A program made the position numbers and the translations under genes. A stretch of DNA of 32,000 nucleotides from NCBI RefSeq assembly GCF_000284455.1, contig NC_017039.1:2040001-2072000 (forward strand), written 5' to 3'. Under the pieces are notes generated by a model, which was not told the DNA's origin, searched no databases, and was given only the letters and a program-made list of their open reading frames with translations. This document shows positions 18,201-27,845 of this stretch, one piece after another; the first letter of the stretch is position 1; each line of letters begins with the position of its first letter. This DNA comes from Synechocystis sp. PCC 6803 substr. PCC-P. GTDB lineage: Bacteria > Cyanobacteriota > Cyanobacteriia > Cyanobacteriales > Microcystaceae.

Positions 18201-18802
18201 ATGTGATCCGCCGCAGTCAGCTCTAGCGCCGGCAAAATTTCCTCTAGGGTTTGGGTAAAACTTTTGGTTTCTACAACAGAATTTCCTTCGGATTGATTAA
18301 ATTTATCAACAGTTTTATTAATAATTTTTATGGAAATTTTTCCCACTAGACGGGTAACACCCCAAAGAATTTTTAATAAGCCCCAAGTTGTGTTAGCTAA
18401 GGGTATGGACCGCAAAGATCTAAGATCGGCTTTAAACCACCCTTTCAACCGTTGGGTGCTACCTTTTACTTTTTCCAAAAGTATTCTTAGTTCTGGATGA
18501 TTTTGTTGCCACAGATAAAGTTGATGACGCCACCTTTCTTGCCAAGGTTGGGTTAGATTTAATAAATCGGGGGCAATAGATTCTATATTTTCGCCATTGG
18601 TTGGCTGGTTGAACCAATCTACTTGAAAAGCTGGAATAATTTTTATATCTCCAGCCGCTAAAGACTCCTTCAGAATTTGATTGGCAATGATAATCGGTTG
18701 ATAGCCTTGTCTCTGGGCTGCTTCTGCCACAGCAACACTACACTCATAGTGATGTCCTTGCAAGTTGCACAGGGAATGGTCAATAACAACAAATTTTTTC
18801 AT
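15296..18802 (-). CDS. Giant multi-module glycosyltransferase (two GT-B modules separated by an unassigned roughly 245-aa segment)
   Basis: 1168 aa. Module 1 C-half is FVHIIYLGDARSEKGY...ADVVVLPYNPINYQRTSGVLTEALAAGKPVVVP. The C-terminal GT4 module is VVMLYPWGD...LTAHDV...FCLFVGSQHPPN...LIPLEAGTGMSVKTLEAMACGKVILG. Confidence 0.85.
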   Translation of the reverse strand: MKKFVVIDHSLCNLQGHHYECSVAVAEAAQRQGYQPIIIANQILKESLAAGDIKIIPAFQVDWFNQPTNGENIESIAPDLLNLTQPWQERWRHQLYLWQQNHPELRILLEKVKGSTQRLKGWFKADLRSLRSIPLANTTWGLLKILWGVTRLVGKISIKIINKTVDKFNQSEGNSVVETKSFTQTLEEILPALELTAADHILIHTFGIEQLEELFYFLNNQNQDDLPTYHLLFRRDTEDPLVVNATGIGLKKCLEKFCQTELWPGKIRFYTDTKDLVRKHNQLSPAIFTQVPIPFRQEKLKLENFHKGDSNKNFVHIIYLGDARSEKGYQHLPVLVADLWTDYLKPGLAKFTIQSNYNVVGGEEVILEAKLKLCQYPCSAVELIDHALEPDAYYHLLASADVVVLPYNPINYQRTSGVLTEALAAGKPVVVPQGSWLAEQVDETRAGIYQNPQDLPRSVRYVLENLASLTEKAEHFSYHWQFIQSPDYFLECLLKPLAISLVKTVEIQPEVSARASILVIMALDKLSDRDNLNKIRYFCRCGYGVYGIFYRRLGQANLPEWDYLSDDLHQLGLKQYWILQDYYVDDDFYIDFAKNSTSLSPEQQKKYLRDYYEHRSTLITDWVQSAGLLISQELQNKLGSNIDLIYADSFFCQHYLRKLGLDLTRTILEVDRFHTYDDALRQRKEIVYQDFQWELDQLKLFGVLLTTTEPLAFKLQELQPQTRIYSLKTNGQGLDYEHLNQAFTDILGEKLLSATNNKNVVKKVVMLYPWGDMEERRSGASQRSGKVADFLASQGLDVTVFTIGDRQSNWQGQIHYRYFRSTFAQGELIQKIYQEAFLSWQKMLDISLADNINFFPLSHQELGENWLPWIYYGSRFDQKFQETLERVIDGADAVLLEYPFWAAIAGPICRRRGVKLILTAHDVLAKQLPPHTWLAQIALAEELQALREADEVVTLSPDDQAFFQSHNITSHCVPIGLDTQATVDLLAPETALAELQSFDSTIDWRKPFCLFVGSQHPPNVKAVEQIQALAQVGSGHWQAIAVGSCCPPTQKRNFLALGKVSDSVLQALYQRSALVLIPLEAGTGMSVKTLEAMACGKVILGTAIAFRGYPVESGVDCLINNNLATYVGVIEDIIQHPHQYEQLGNSARNFAQNYDYRQLYQTYLDLLS

Positions 18803-18927
18803 TACCAGAGCAAAATAAAGACGAAAATTCTCCAGCCCAATGATGACGGAGAAGTCAATTAAAAGACATAGTTATGGGAAGTTGGCTAGTGCTTGGGGAC
18901 CATGTTCAGTTGATAAAATAAACACAA

Positions 18928-20448
18928 CTAGCTAATTCCTAACTTAGTCAATAGCGGCAGGCGATCGCCATTAAAATTCTCTGCTACGTTTTTGAGATGT
19001 TCTAAATTTTCAGCTTCTGTTTCTAAGGTTTTTCCTTCCTTAATAATTTTCTTGCCTTGACTGGAAAGTACTTGCCAGACAAATTGAGGGCCGTCTTGTT
19101 TGCGCTCTTTCGCTAATAGCAGTAGCTGTTCCAGACGATTGACAGCAATACCTGTGCCAACTAGGGGAGAGGCTAAAAATGCCATTTCATCGCTATAGAG
19201 AGATTTTGTTTTGACGGCACTGTTAAAAGCATCGGTGGATTTTTGTCTTTGTTTCCGCACCGTTTCATTTACCGCCGGATGGGTATAACCAATGCCAGTC
19301 ATGATGATTAGGGCTTGGTAAAGACTGTTCAAAGTGATGCCTTTGGTTTTGCTGTCTTTTTGTAATTCCCCTAGGGTTAAAGGCCCATTTTCCAAGGCCT
19401 CACAAATGGGACGATAAACTTTTTCCTGGAGTTCCACTTCTCCCAAGGGAAACTGTTGTTTAAGCTTGATTGATTTGATCGGTACCACTAAGGCAAACCG
19501 TAGATTCCCCAACGCTTGTAAATGCTCCTGGGGCAAGAGGGCAAGTTTTCCCCGGACAAAAATATCTCGCCGGAACTGGGTATTTAAAAAGAAATCTCGC
19601 ACTACTTCCCGAAAAGTTGGATCTGTTACTTGAGATAGCTGGGTTTGGGCGGCACTGGACAAGTTAACAGCATCCACATAGTCGATTAAATGGGCTGATC
19701 CCATAAAATTGAGCTTGGCTTCTTCTAATTCTTTGGCCACTTCATCAAAATAAAAAGCATTCCACTCTTCGTTAAAATATTCATGAGCTAGATAGTAACG
19801 ATTTTGTTCTTTCAGCTTTTCTAAACGGGGTTTTAAAATTGGATTTTGAGTGAAATAATTTGCTTTGGACTCCAGCATTTGTTCCGTGAAATCCAATGCC
19901 TTTTCAATACGGCTTAGAATTGGCTCGGAGGAGTTACGTCCATAGCGGAGCATCAAAGCTTGCATCGGTCTTGCCGCTGCCCAACCCGGTAGAGTGTTAT
20001 AGGAGATATAAACCATACCTCCCACTTTGATTTTCTGCCGAATAAAGTTCACGATCGCTTGACGATTTCTGGGGGTAATCCAACTGTAAATACCATGGAG
20101 AACAATGAAATCAAACTGCGGTAAATCTTGATTGATAAATTCTTCAAAACTATCGTCAAAAAAATGGACATTTTTGGTGCCCGCTGTTTCGGCTAGGGTC
20201 CGGGCTTCAACTATGTGACTAGGATTAAAATCGTTGGCGTAAAACTGAGCCTGGGGGTAGCAACTTGCCAATAAATTGGTGGAATATCCTCGGCCGCAAG
20301 CCAGTTCGCAGTAATTAAAATTTTTCTCTAGATTGGGGGATTTTAATGACTTCAGAGTGTTGGCTAGGGCTAGTTTAAGGGGACTTAATTCCCCATAAAA
20401 ACCATAGGTATAGTTAACTTCTAGGACGTAGCCCTCATTCCAAGTCAT
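18928..20448 (-). CDS. Class I SAM-dependent methyltransferase with a long non-catalytic C-terminal (methyltransferase-regulatory-like) domain
   Basis: 506 aa. Motif I is NYCELACGRGYST, post-I is FYANDFN, and FDFIVLHGIYSW is also present. The remaining ~300 aa have no catalytic motif. The architecture resembles the methyltransferase plus MethyTransf_Reg proteins I remember. Confidence 0.75.
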   Translation of the reverse strand: MTWNEGYVLEVNYTYGFYGELSPLKLALANTLKSLKSPNLEKNFNYCELACGRGYSTNLLASCYPQAQFYANDFNPSHIVEARTLAETAGTKNVHFFDDSFEEFINQDLPQFDFIVLHGIYSWITPRNRQAIVNFIRQKIKVGGMVYISYNTLPGWAAARPMQALMLRYGRNSSEPILSRIEKALDFTEQMLESKANYFTQNPILKPRLEKLKEQNRYYLAHEYFNEEWNAFYFDEVAKELEEAKLNFMGSAHLIDYVDAVNLSSAAQTQLSQVTDPTFREVVRDFFLNTQFRRDIFVRGKLALLPQEHLQALGNLRFALVVPIKSIKLKQQFPLGEVELQEKVYRPICEALENGPLTLGELQKDSKTKGITLNSLYQALIIMTGIGYTHPAVNETVRKQRQKSTDAFNSAVKTKSLYSDEMAFLASPLVGTGIAVNRLEQLLLLAKERKQDGPQFVWQVLSSQGKKIIKEGKTLETEAENLEHLKNVAENFNGDRLPLLTKLGIS

Positions 20449-20731
20449 GGCGTCTGATTCTGCGTAGGGGTCAAGATTAGCCCTTAGCTTACAAGAAAGG
20501 GGCTTTGGGGCCTAGTTGAATGGCACAAATTTTCCTTCCCTGACTGTTTTTGCGCCATTGTCTAGCTCAAAGTCAGCCTCCGGCATCCTCTAGAAAGACT
20601 TCCATCCCCTGGTTGAGCAAGGGTAAACCCCACCACTGCATTGGGAAAACCCTCCTTCCTAGCTCCGGATTCCACCCCCTAAAATTGATTTGGTAGTCCT
20701 TACACACCCAATAGCCAATATAGAAAATTTT

Positions 20732-23350
20732 ATGCAACCCACAGATCCTAATAAATTTACGGAGAAAGCTTGGGAGGCGATCGCCAAAACACCGGAGATT
20801 GCTAAACAGCATCGACAACAGCAAATTGAGACGGAACACCTACTCAGTGCCCTACTAGAACAAAATGGTCTGGCCACCAGCATCTTTAATAAGGCTGGGG
20901 CGAGCATTCCCCGAGTTAACGATCAAGTTAATAGCTTTATTGCCCAACAGCCAAAATTAAGTAATCCGAGTGAATCGATTTATTTAGGCCGCAGTCTCGA
21001 TAAATTGTTGGACAATGCGGAAATAGCCAAGTCTAAATATGGAGACGACTATATTTCCATCGAGCACTTGATGGCGGCTTACGGCCAAGATGACCGCCTG
21101 GGCAAAAACTTATATCGAGAAATTGGCCTAACAGAAAATAAGTTGGCAGAAATTATCAAGCAAATTAGAGGAACCCAAAAAGTGACCGATCAAAATCCAG
21201 AGGGCAAATACGAATCCCTTGAAAAATATGGGCGAGATTTAACGGAATTAGCCCGGGAAGGTAAACTAGATCCTGTCATTGGCCGGGATGAAGAAGTGCG
21301 GCGCACCATTCAGATCCTTTCCCGCCGCACAAAAAATAACCCTGTGTTAATTGGGGAACCGGGGGTTGGTAAAACGGCGATCGCCGAAGGTTTAGCCCAA
21401 AGAATTATTAACCATGACGTACCGGAATCATTGCGGGATCGCAAACTAATTTCCCTCGATATGGGGGCGTTAATTGCCGGGGCAAAATACCGGGGGGAAT
21501 TTGAAGAAAGACTTAAAGCGGTACTTAAAGAAGTTACCGACAGCCAGGGGCAAATTATTCTCTTTATTGACGAAATTCATACCGTTGTCGGCGCTGGGGC
21601 CACCCAAGGAGCCATGGATGCGGGCAACTTATTGAAACCCATGTTAGCCCGGGGTGCTTTGCGTTGTATCGGGGCCACCACTTTAGATGAATATCGCAAA
21701 TATATCGAAAAAGATGCGGCTTTGGAACGACGTTTCCAGGAAGTTTTAGTGGATGAACCCAATGTATTAGATACCATTTCCATTCTCCGGGGATTAAAAG
21801 AACGCTATGAAGTACACCACGGCGTAAAAATTGCCGATAGTGCCCTGGTAGCGGCGGCCATGTTGTCCAATCGTTACATCAGTGATCGTTTTCTGCCGGA
21901 TAAAGCTATTGATTTAGTAGACGAAGCAGCGGCCAAATTAAAAATGGAAATCACCTCCAAACCAGAGGAATTAGATGAAGTTGACCGGAAAATTCTCCAA
22001 CTAGAAATGGAGCGTTTATCTTTACAACGGGAAAATGATTCTGCTTCCAAGGAGCGGCTAGAAAAATTGGAGAAAGAGTTGGCTGATTTTAAAGAAGAAC
22101 AGTCTAAACTTAATGGCCAATGGCAGTCGGAAAAAACGGTTATTGATCAAATTCGTACTGTTAAGGAAACCATCGACCAGGTGAACCTAGAAATTCAACA
22201 GGCCCAACGGGATTACGACTACAATAAAGCAGCGGAGTTACAGTATGGCAAATTAACTGATTTACAGCGGCAAGTGGAAGCTTTGGAAACCCAATTGGCG
22301 GAGCAACAAACCTCTGGCAAATCCCTCTTACGGGAAGAAGTTTTAGAGTCTGACATTGCTGAAATTATCTCGAAATGGACCGGCATTCCCATCAGTAAAT
22401 TGGTGGAATCGGAAAAAGAAAAACTGCTCCACTTGGAAGATGAACTACACAGCCGAGTGATTGGTCAGGATGAAGCGGTAACCGCCGTAGCCGAAGCCAT
22501 TCAACGCTCCCGAGCTGGTCTTTCCGATCCTAATCGTCCCACCGCTAGCTTTATTTTTCTGGGCCCCACAGGGGTCGGGAAAACTGAGTTAGCGAAGGCT
22601 TTGGCGAAAAATTTATTCGACACGGAAGAAGCCCTGGTGCGGATTGATATGTCTGAATATATGGAAAAACACGCTGTTTCCCGTTTAATGGGGGCCCCTC
22701 CGGGCTATGTGGGCTATGAAGAAGGGGGACAATTGACGGAAGCAATTCGCCGCCGGCCCTATTCGGTCATTCTTTTTGACGAGATTGAAAAAGCCCATGG
22801 GGATGTGTTTAACGTCATGCTCCAAATCCTGGATGATGGCCGTTTAACCGATGCCCAAGGCCATGTGGTGGACTTCAAAAATACGATTATCATTATGACC
22901 AGTAACCTGGGCTCCCAATACATTTTGGATGTGGCGGGGGATGATAGTCGTTATGAAGAAATGCGGAGCCGAGTTATGGATGTAATGCGGGAAAACTTCC
23001 GCCCAGAATTTCTCAATCGGGTGGATGAAACGATTATTTTCCATGGCTTACAAAAATCCGAGTTACGATCCATTGTCCAAATTCAAATTCAGTCTTTGGC
23101 TACCCGTTTGGAGGAACAAAAATTAACTTTGAAGTTAACGGATAAAGCCCTAGATTTTCTGGCTGCCGTGGGCTATGACCCCGTTTATGGGGCCCGACCT
23201 TTAAAACGAGCCGTCCAAAAATACCTAGAAACGGCGATCGCCAAGGGAATTTTACGGGGGGATTACAAACCTGGTGAGACCATTGTGGTGGATGAAACCG
23301 ACGAACGCCTCAGTTTTACCAGTTTAAGGGGGGATTTAGTCATCGTTTAG
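20732..23350 (+). CDS. clpB: ATP-dependent chaperone/disaggregase ClpB (Hsp100), two AAA+ modules with a coiled-coil middle domain
   Basis: I trimmed the track ORF 20690..23350 to the ATG at 20732 ([17 protein letters not shown]...), the usual ClpB N-terminus. Walker A motifs are [10 protein letters not shown] and [10 protein letters not shown]. The long coiled-coil [30 protein letters not shown]... distinguishes ClpB from ClpA/C. Confidence 0.95.
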   Translation: MQPTDPNKFTEKAWEAIAKTPEIAKQHRQQQIETEHLLSALLEQNGLATSIFNKAGASIPRVNDQVNSFIAQQPKLSNPSESIYLGRSLDKLLDNAEIAKSKYGDDYISIEHLMAAYGQDDRLGKNLYREIGLTENKLAEIIKQIRGTQKVTDQNPEGKYESLEKYGRDLTELAREGKLDPVIGRDEEVRRTIQILSRRTKNNPVLIGEPGVGKTAIAEGLAQRIINHDVPESLRDRKLISLDMGALIAGAKYRGEFEERLKAVLKEVTDSQGQIILFIDEIHTVVGAGATQGAMDAGNLLKPMLARGALRCIGATTLDEYRKYIEKDAALERRFQEVLVDEPNVLDTISILRGLKERYEVHHGVKIADSALVAAAMLSNRYISDRFLPDKAIDLVDEAAAKLKMEITSKPEELDEVDRKILQLEMERLSLQRENDSASKERLEKLEKELADFKEEQSKLNGQWQSEKTVIDQIRTVKETIDQVNLEIQQAQRDYDYNKAAELQYGKLTDLQRQVEALETQLAEQQTSGKSLLREEVLESDIAEIISKWTGIPISKLVESEKEKLLHLEDELHSRVIGQDEAVTAVAEAIQRSRAGLSDPNRPTASFIFLGPTGVGKTELAKALAKNLFDTEEALVRIDMSEYMEKHAVSRLMGAPPGYVGYEEGGQLTEAIRRRPYSVILFDEIEKAHGDVFNVMLQILDDGRLTDAQGHVVDFKNTIIIMTSNLGSQYILDVAGDDSRYEEMRSRVMDVMRENFRPEFLNRVDETIIFHGLQKSELRSIVQIQIQSLATRLEEQKLTLKLTDKALDFLAAVGYDPVYGARPLKRAVQKYLETAIAKGILRGDYKPGETIVVDETDERLSFTSLRGDLVIV

Positions 23351-23635
23351 GGACTTCTGTTCCGTCAACTCTGACGGATTAATAACTCCATCAATGCTAA
23401 CCCTAGGGGATTCCAACTCCGCCGTCATGGTTGCCCCTGGGGTTTGGTGATGGGGTAATAACTCCTGACCCCGGTTAATCAAAGCCGCCATGCCCTTGTC
23501 ATAATTGCTGGCGATCGCCAAAAAAGCACCGGCCATAACGTAAATAGGCAGGGGCAAAATTACCCCCCATAGCCATTGGAAAAGTTGCACTCCGGCAAAT
23601 AAAACCACCACCACCACCAGTAAAAATGGCATCAT
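23336..23635 (-). CDS. Small two-TM membrane protein, function unknown
   Basis: I trimmed the track ORF 23336..23686 (TTG start) to the tandem ATGs at 23633-23635 and 23630-23632, which follow GGAGG. The product is [42 protein letters not shown]... Its 3' end overlaps the clpB 3' end by 15 nt, convergently. Confidence 0.5.
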   Translation of the reverse strand: MMPFLLVVVVVLFAGVQLFQWLWGVILPLPIYVMAGAFLAIASNYDKGMAALINRGQELLPHHQTPGATMTAELESPRVSIDGVINPSELTEQKSLNDD

Positions 23636-23730
23636 TATCCTCCCCAGAAATAAGCTCAACCCGGATGTTGTGAAGATATCAAACAACGACTCCGCCTTAG
23701 ATATTAGAAGATTTCTCCCTTAAATCAAAC

Positions 23731-23772
23731 CCCAACAAAAATCGTGGCGGAACCACAGCCATGGCCACCACG
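23731..23772 (-). terminator. Intrinsic terminator downstream of prk
   Basis: On the minus-strand RNA, CGUGGUGG (complement of 23765-23772) pairs with CCGCCACG (complement of 23743-23750). This gives 8 bp including one G-U, with a 14-nt loop, followed by AUUUUUGUUGGG. It lies about 55 nt after the prk stop. Confidence 0.55.
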
Positions 23773-23827
23773 AAATAGTAAATTAGGTTATGCAGACCAG
23801 CAGGTCAGGTAATTATTGGTACCGCAG

Positions 23828-24826
23828 TTACACAGAGGCCGGGACCTTAGCTTCCGCCGTTAACTGTTCGTAAACTTCCCGCATTTTCAGACCCACTAAC
23901 ACCTGGAACAGGCCAGTACCATTGTCAGTGCCTGGGTAATCCTTATGCTTGAGCAACAACTCGGTCATTTCACCGTAGTACTTAGTACCAGTCTTGCTGA
24001 GGTGGTTTTCCACATAAACCATTTCCTCTAGGTTTTCAAACCTGCCGTCCACTTCCAGCAAAGATACTTCGTTGCCCATAAAATTATCGGGGCCGTAGTA
24101 CATCTTGATGCCAGGATAGGTACAGGTCAGCTTCCGACCACAGGGACGCCAATCAATGGTGGAACCTTCGTCAAACAGGTAGGCTGGCTCGAAGAATTTA
24201 ACCCCTTCTTTTTGCACAAGACGAACCCGCAGGAGTTTACTTTCCTTGTCCTCAATCAAGCGGGTGGGCAACACCTGGATCACCACGTCCGCATATTGCT
24301 TTTGGGGCTCGATATAGGCAGTGAAGTCAGGCTTACGGGCGTTGATGGAAGCCAAAATATCTTCATAGGTGTGGCCCCGTTCGGCCATGTCCCGTTGAAT
24401 TTTCCAGTTAATTTTCACTTCTTCGCTGATGTCCAGGTAGACCCCGAAATCCACCAGTTCCCGCACCCGTTCATCGTAGAGGGGATGCAAACCCTCAATA
24501 ACCACCACTTTGTTGGGTTCAACTTTTTCCGGCGGATCCAGCAGCCCCGTTTCGTGGTTGTAAATGGGTTTCATAATGGATTGACCACTTTTGAGCGTTT
24601 TAATCTGCTCATACATGAGGTCAAAATTGTTGGCTCTGGGATCCAGGGCGGTGACCCCAGCGGCTTTTCTACCCTGGCGATCCAAACTATGGTAATCGTC
24701 CAAACAAATTACCGTCATGAACTCTTCGCCGAATAAATCCGTTAAACGACGTAAGAAAGTAGACTTACCGCAACCGGAATCCCCGGCAACACCAATAAGA
24801 ACCACGCGGTCTAGCTGTGTGGTCAT
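23828..24826 (-). CDS. prk: Phosphoribulokinase (Calvin-Benson cycle)
   Basis: I trimmed the track ORF 23828..24838 (TTG) to the ATG at 24824-24826, which follows GAGGGA. MTTQLDRVVLIGVAGDSGCGKSTFLRRLTDLFG...VICLDDYH is the cyanobacterial/plant-type PRK N-terminus with a P-loop. Confidence 0.95.
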   Translation of the reverse strand: MTTQLDRVVLIGVAGDSGCGKSTFLRRLTDLFGEEFMTVICLDDYHSLDRQGRKAAGVTALDPRANNFDLMYEQIKTLKSGQSIMKPIYNHETGLLDPPEKVEPNKVVVIEGLHPLYDERVRELVDFGVYLDISEEVKINWKIQRDMAERGHTYEDILASINARKPDFTAYIEPQKQYADVVIQVLPTRLIEDKESKLLRVRLVQKEGVKFFEPAYLFDEGSTIDWRPCGRKLTCTYPGIKMYYGPDNFMGNEVSLLEVDGRFENLEEMVYVENHLSKTGTKYYGEMTELLLKHKDYPGTDNGTGLFQVLVGLKMREVYEQLTAEAKVPASV

Positions 24827-25345
24827 AACATCCCTCAAAAATGCAAAACTGATTGTTAACCCGGTTTCCTAGAAAATTTCTCCTCACCCCAGATGGCGTG
24901 TTGGAGAGACAAACCAGAGCCTATGGGCTTGTTAACCCCCTGTCAAGGGCCGAAGGAAAACTAATCCTGAGATCTAGTCATCCTGGTCAACCCCAGATAA
25001 CGCTCTTCGGTTCTAGCCAGAGATATAGCCTGACCCTCTGAATACTGAGTATGAATTCTATCAGAATTGTATTCCCTTCTACAAGATTGACCGATTCAAG
25101 GGGGGGCGCGCCCTATGACTAGACTTAACTTAGACTAGTGGAGGTTCATTCCAGGGTTAATCGTCCGGTAAAGTGATACATGGGTTACATTTTATCAAGG
25201 TTAACTTTGTTAGGGTGGTAGGACTAAATATCCGCTTCTGACCCCACTGCTCCTCCCGGCCACGGCGATCGCCTGACGATGGTAGGCTTGATAATACTGC
25301 GATAAATTTCTGTCAGTATTATTTGATTGAGTAGGGAGCAATTAA

Positions 25346-26590
<1,245 letters not shown>

Positions 26591-26633
26591 GGACTTTTGC
26601 CTGGGCATTAAGTAGATTAATTTGTTTGGTCTG

Positions 26634-26671
26634 AAGGGGAGTTTGCTGTTGGCGGGCTCCTTTTCAGTTTT
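26634..26671 (+). terminator. Candidate intrinsic terminator after petH
   Basis: AAGGGGAG (26634-26641) pairs with CTCCTTTT (26657-26664), 8 bp including two G-U pairs, with a 15-nt loop. It is followed by CAGTTTT. A weak candidate. Confidence 0.3.
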
Positions 26672-26681
26672 GGGCCAACAA

Positions 26682-27539
26682 TTAACAGAGTGCTAGGGTT
26701 GAATCTAGGCAGAACCTAGCCAAGGCTTGGGACACTCCATCGGCTTCCACGTCCGCCGTTACCCAGTCTGCCACCTTTTGCACTTCCGGGGGAGCATTAC
26801 CCATGGCTACCCCCACTCCGGCATATTTCAGCATTTCCACGTCGTTAAAATTGTCTCCGATCGCCAAAACTTCTTGGGGATCAAGCCCTAACACGTCTTC
26901 AGCTAAATGTTGCAGGGCCAGGCCTTTGGTGGCTTCGGCGTGGGTGACTTCAAAGTAAATCTCGGTGGATTGGGTCAGATGCACGGCTTGGCCCTGGAGT
27001 TTTTGACCCATTTCCGCCATCAACTGGGCCATGAGGGGAGCATTGCGACTGATGGCTAACATTTTGGTGGTGCTACCCAATTCAATAATTGAGCGTAGAT
27101 CGCCGCTAGCTTGGGCCATGGCACCGGACCTTTCCATATAAACATGGGTTTCTGGGGTGATATGCCGCACATGGAGCTGGTCGTTGTAATAGCAGTGGAT
27201 ATCAAGATGGGGTTCCAGTTCCGGTCGCTCAAAATGGTCCAAAATTTCCAAGGCGATCGCCGGGGGCAGGGGTTTTTCCCTTAAAACAGCACCAGTGTGG
27301 GGATGCTTGGTTAGGGCACCGTTGTAACTAATCAAAGGCAGGGTTGATTGAATGGTCTGATGGAACCGTAGAGCAGAACTAAACATACGGCCAGTGGCCA
27401 ACGCCACTTGGATACCCCGGCTCTGTACCTGGTGAATGGTTTTCACCACTGACGGGTTAATTTGATTGGATACTCCGGCGATGGTGCCATCAATGTCCAA
27501 TACTACTAACTTGATTGACACTGTTAAACTCCCTGGCAA
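26682..27539 (-). CDS. HAD-superfamily hydrolase, Cof-type (HAD-IIB) phosphatase
   Basis: 285 aa. Motif I is LVVLDIDGT, motif II is ATGR, and motif IV is AIGDNFNDVEML. The track start is a TTG. A GTG at 27519-27521, preceded by GGGAG plus 7 nt, is an equally good start. Confidence 0.85.
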   Translation of the reverse strand: MPGSLTVSIKLVVLDIDGTIAGVSNQINPSVVKTIHQVQSRGIQVALATGRMFSSALRFHQTIQSTLPLISYNGALTKHPHTGAVLREKPLPPAIALEILDHFERPELEPHLDIHCYYNDQLHVRHITPETHVYMERSGAMAQASGDLRSIIELGSTTKMLAISRNAPLMAQLMAEMGQKLQGQAVHLTQSTEIYFEVTHAEATKGLALQHLAEDVLGLDPQEVLAIGDNFNDVEMLKYAGVGVAMGNAPPEVQKVADWVTADVEADGVSQALARFCLDSTLALC

Positions 27540-27845
27540 CGGATTAGTTGGGCAAAAATTCTGTTAGAAAGCTGAAATCTAAAGCTTAAATTTACAATGA
27601 TTTATATTTCCCCCTCCATTTAACCATTCTGAGAACAGCGCTTAACATGGACTTCTAGGGTCGGGCGGCTATGCTGGAAAAGCAAAAATTGCTAGTCTGG
27701 ATGGTAAAAATTATCTTTGAGTCTTCCATGACTGAACTGGTGGAGTGATCTGTCAGGGTTATTAACTGAGATTTAAATTATTTAGACTTAAATTTTTCAA
27801 TCATTGCTTTAAGCTAGGGTAAATCTTGCCGGAGGAGGCATTGGG

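Noticed and set aside
16386-18961. The HIP1-free 2.6-kb gap as stand-alone evidence for horizontal transfer
   Set aside because: With a mean spacing of about 1.1 kb, gaps over 2.5 kb are expected a few times among 29 intervals. The gap only adds weight together with the GC drop, so it is not treated as significant on its own.
9240-20731. The glycan cluster as a classical integrated genomic island next to smpB and tRNA-His
   Set aside because: I found no integrase, transposase, flanking direct repeats or duplicated tRNA 3' end. Low GC alone is typical of polysaccharide loci, and a mobile origin cannot be claimed.
20573-20907. Two minus-strand ORFs (88 and 82 aa) at the clpB 5' end
   Set aside because: They overlap the clpB start region antisense and their sequences are low-complexity (Cys/Leu/Ser-rich). 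They are unlikely to be genes.
24212-24736. 174-aa plus-strand ORF
   Set aside because: It is entirely antisense to the highly recognisable prk coding sequence, making it a typical shadow ORF. The same reasoning applies to the antisense or out-of-frame ORFs at 671-901, 1549-1998, 2321-2665, 3601-4090, 4478-5146, 5208-5539, 6862-7333, 7738-7977, 9960-10735, 11660-12319, 12590-12922, 13870-14079, 15513-15846, 18677-18862, 21577-21783, 22551-23044, 25896-26144 and 28074-28657.
27671-27748. 25-codon small ORF (MLEKQKLLVWMVKIIFESSMTELVE) in the HAD/TPR divergent spacer
   Set aside because: It has no convincing RBS or conservation evidence and is indistinguishable from chance.
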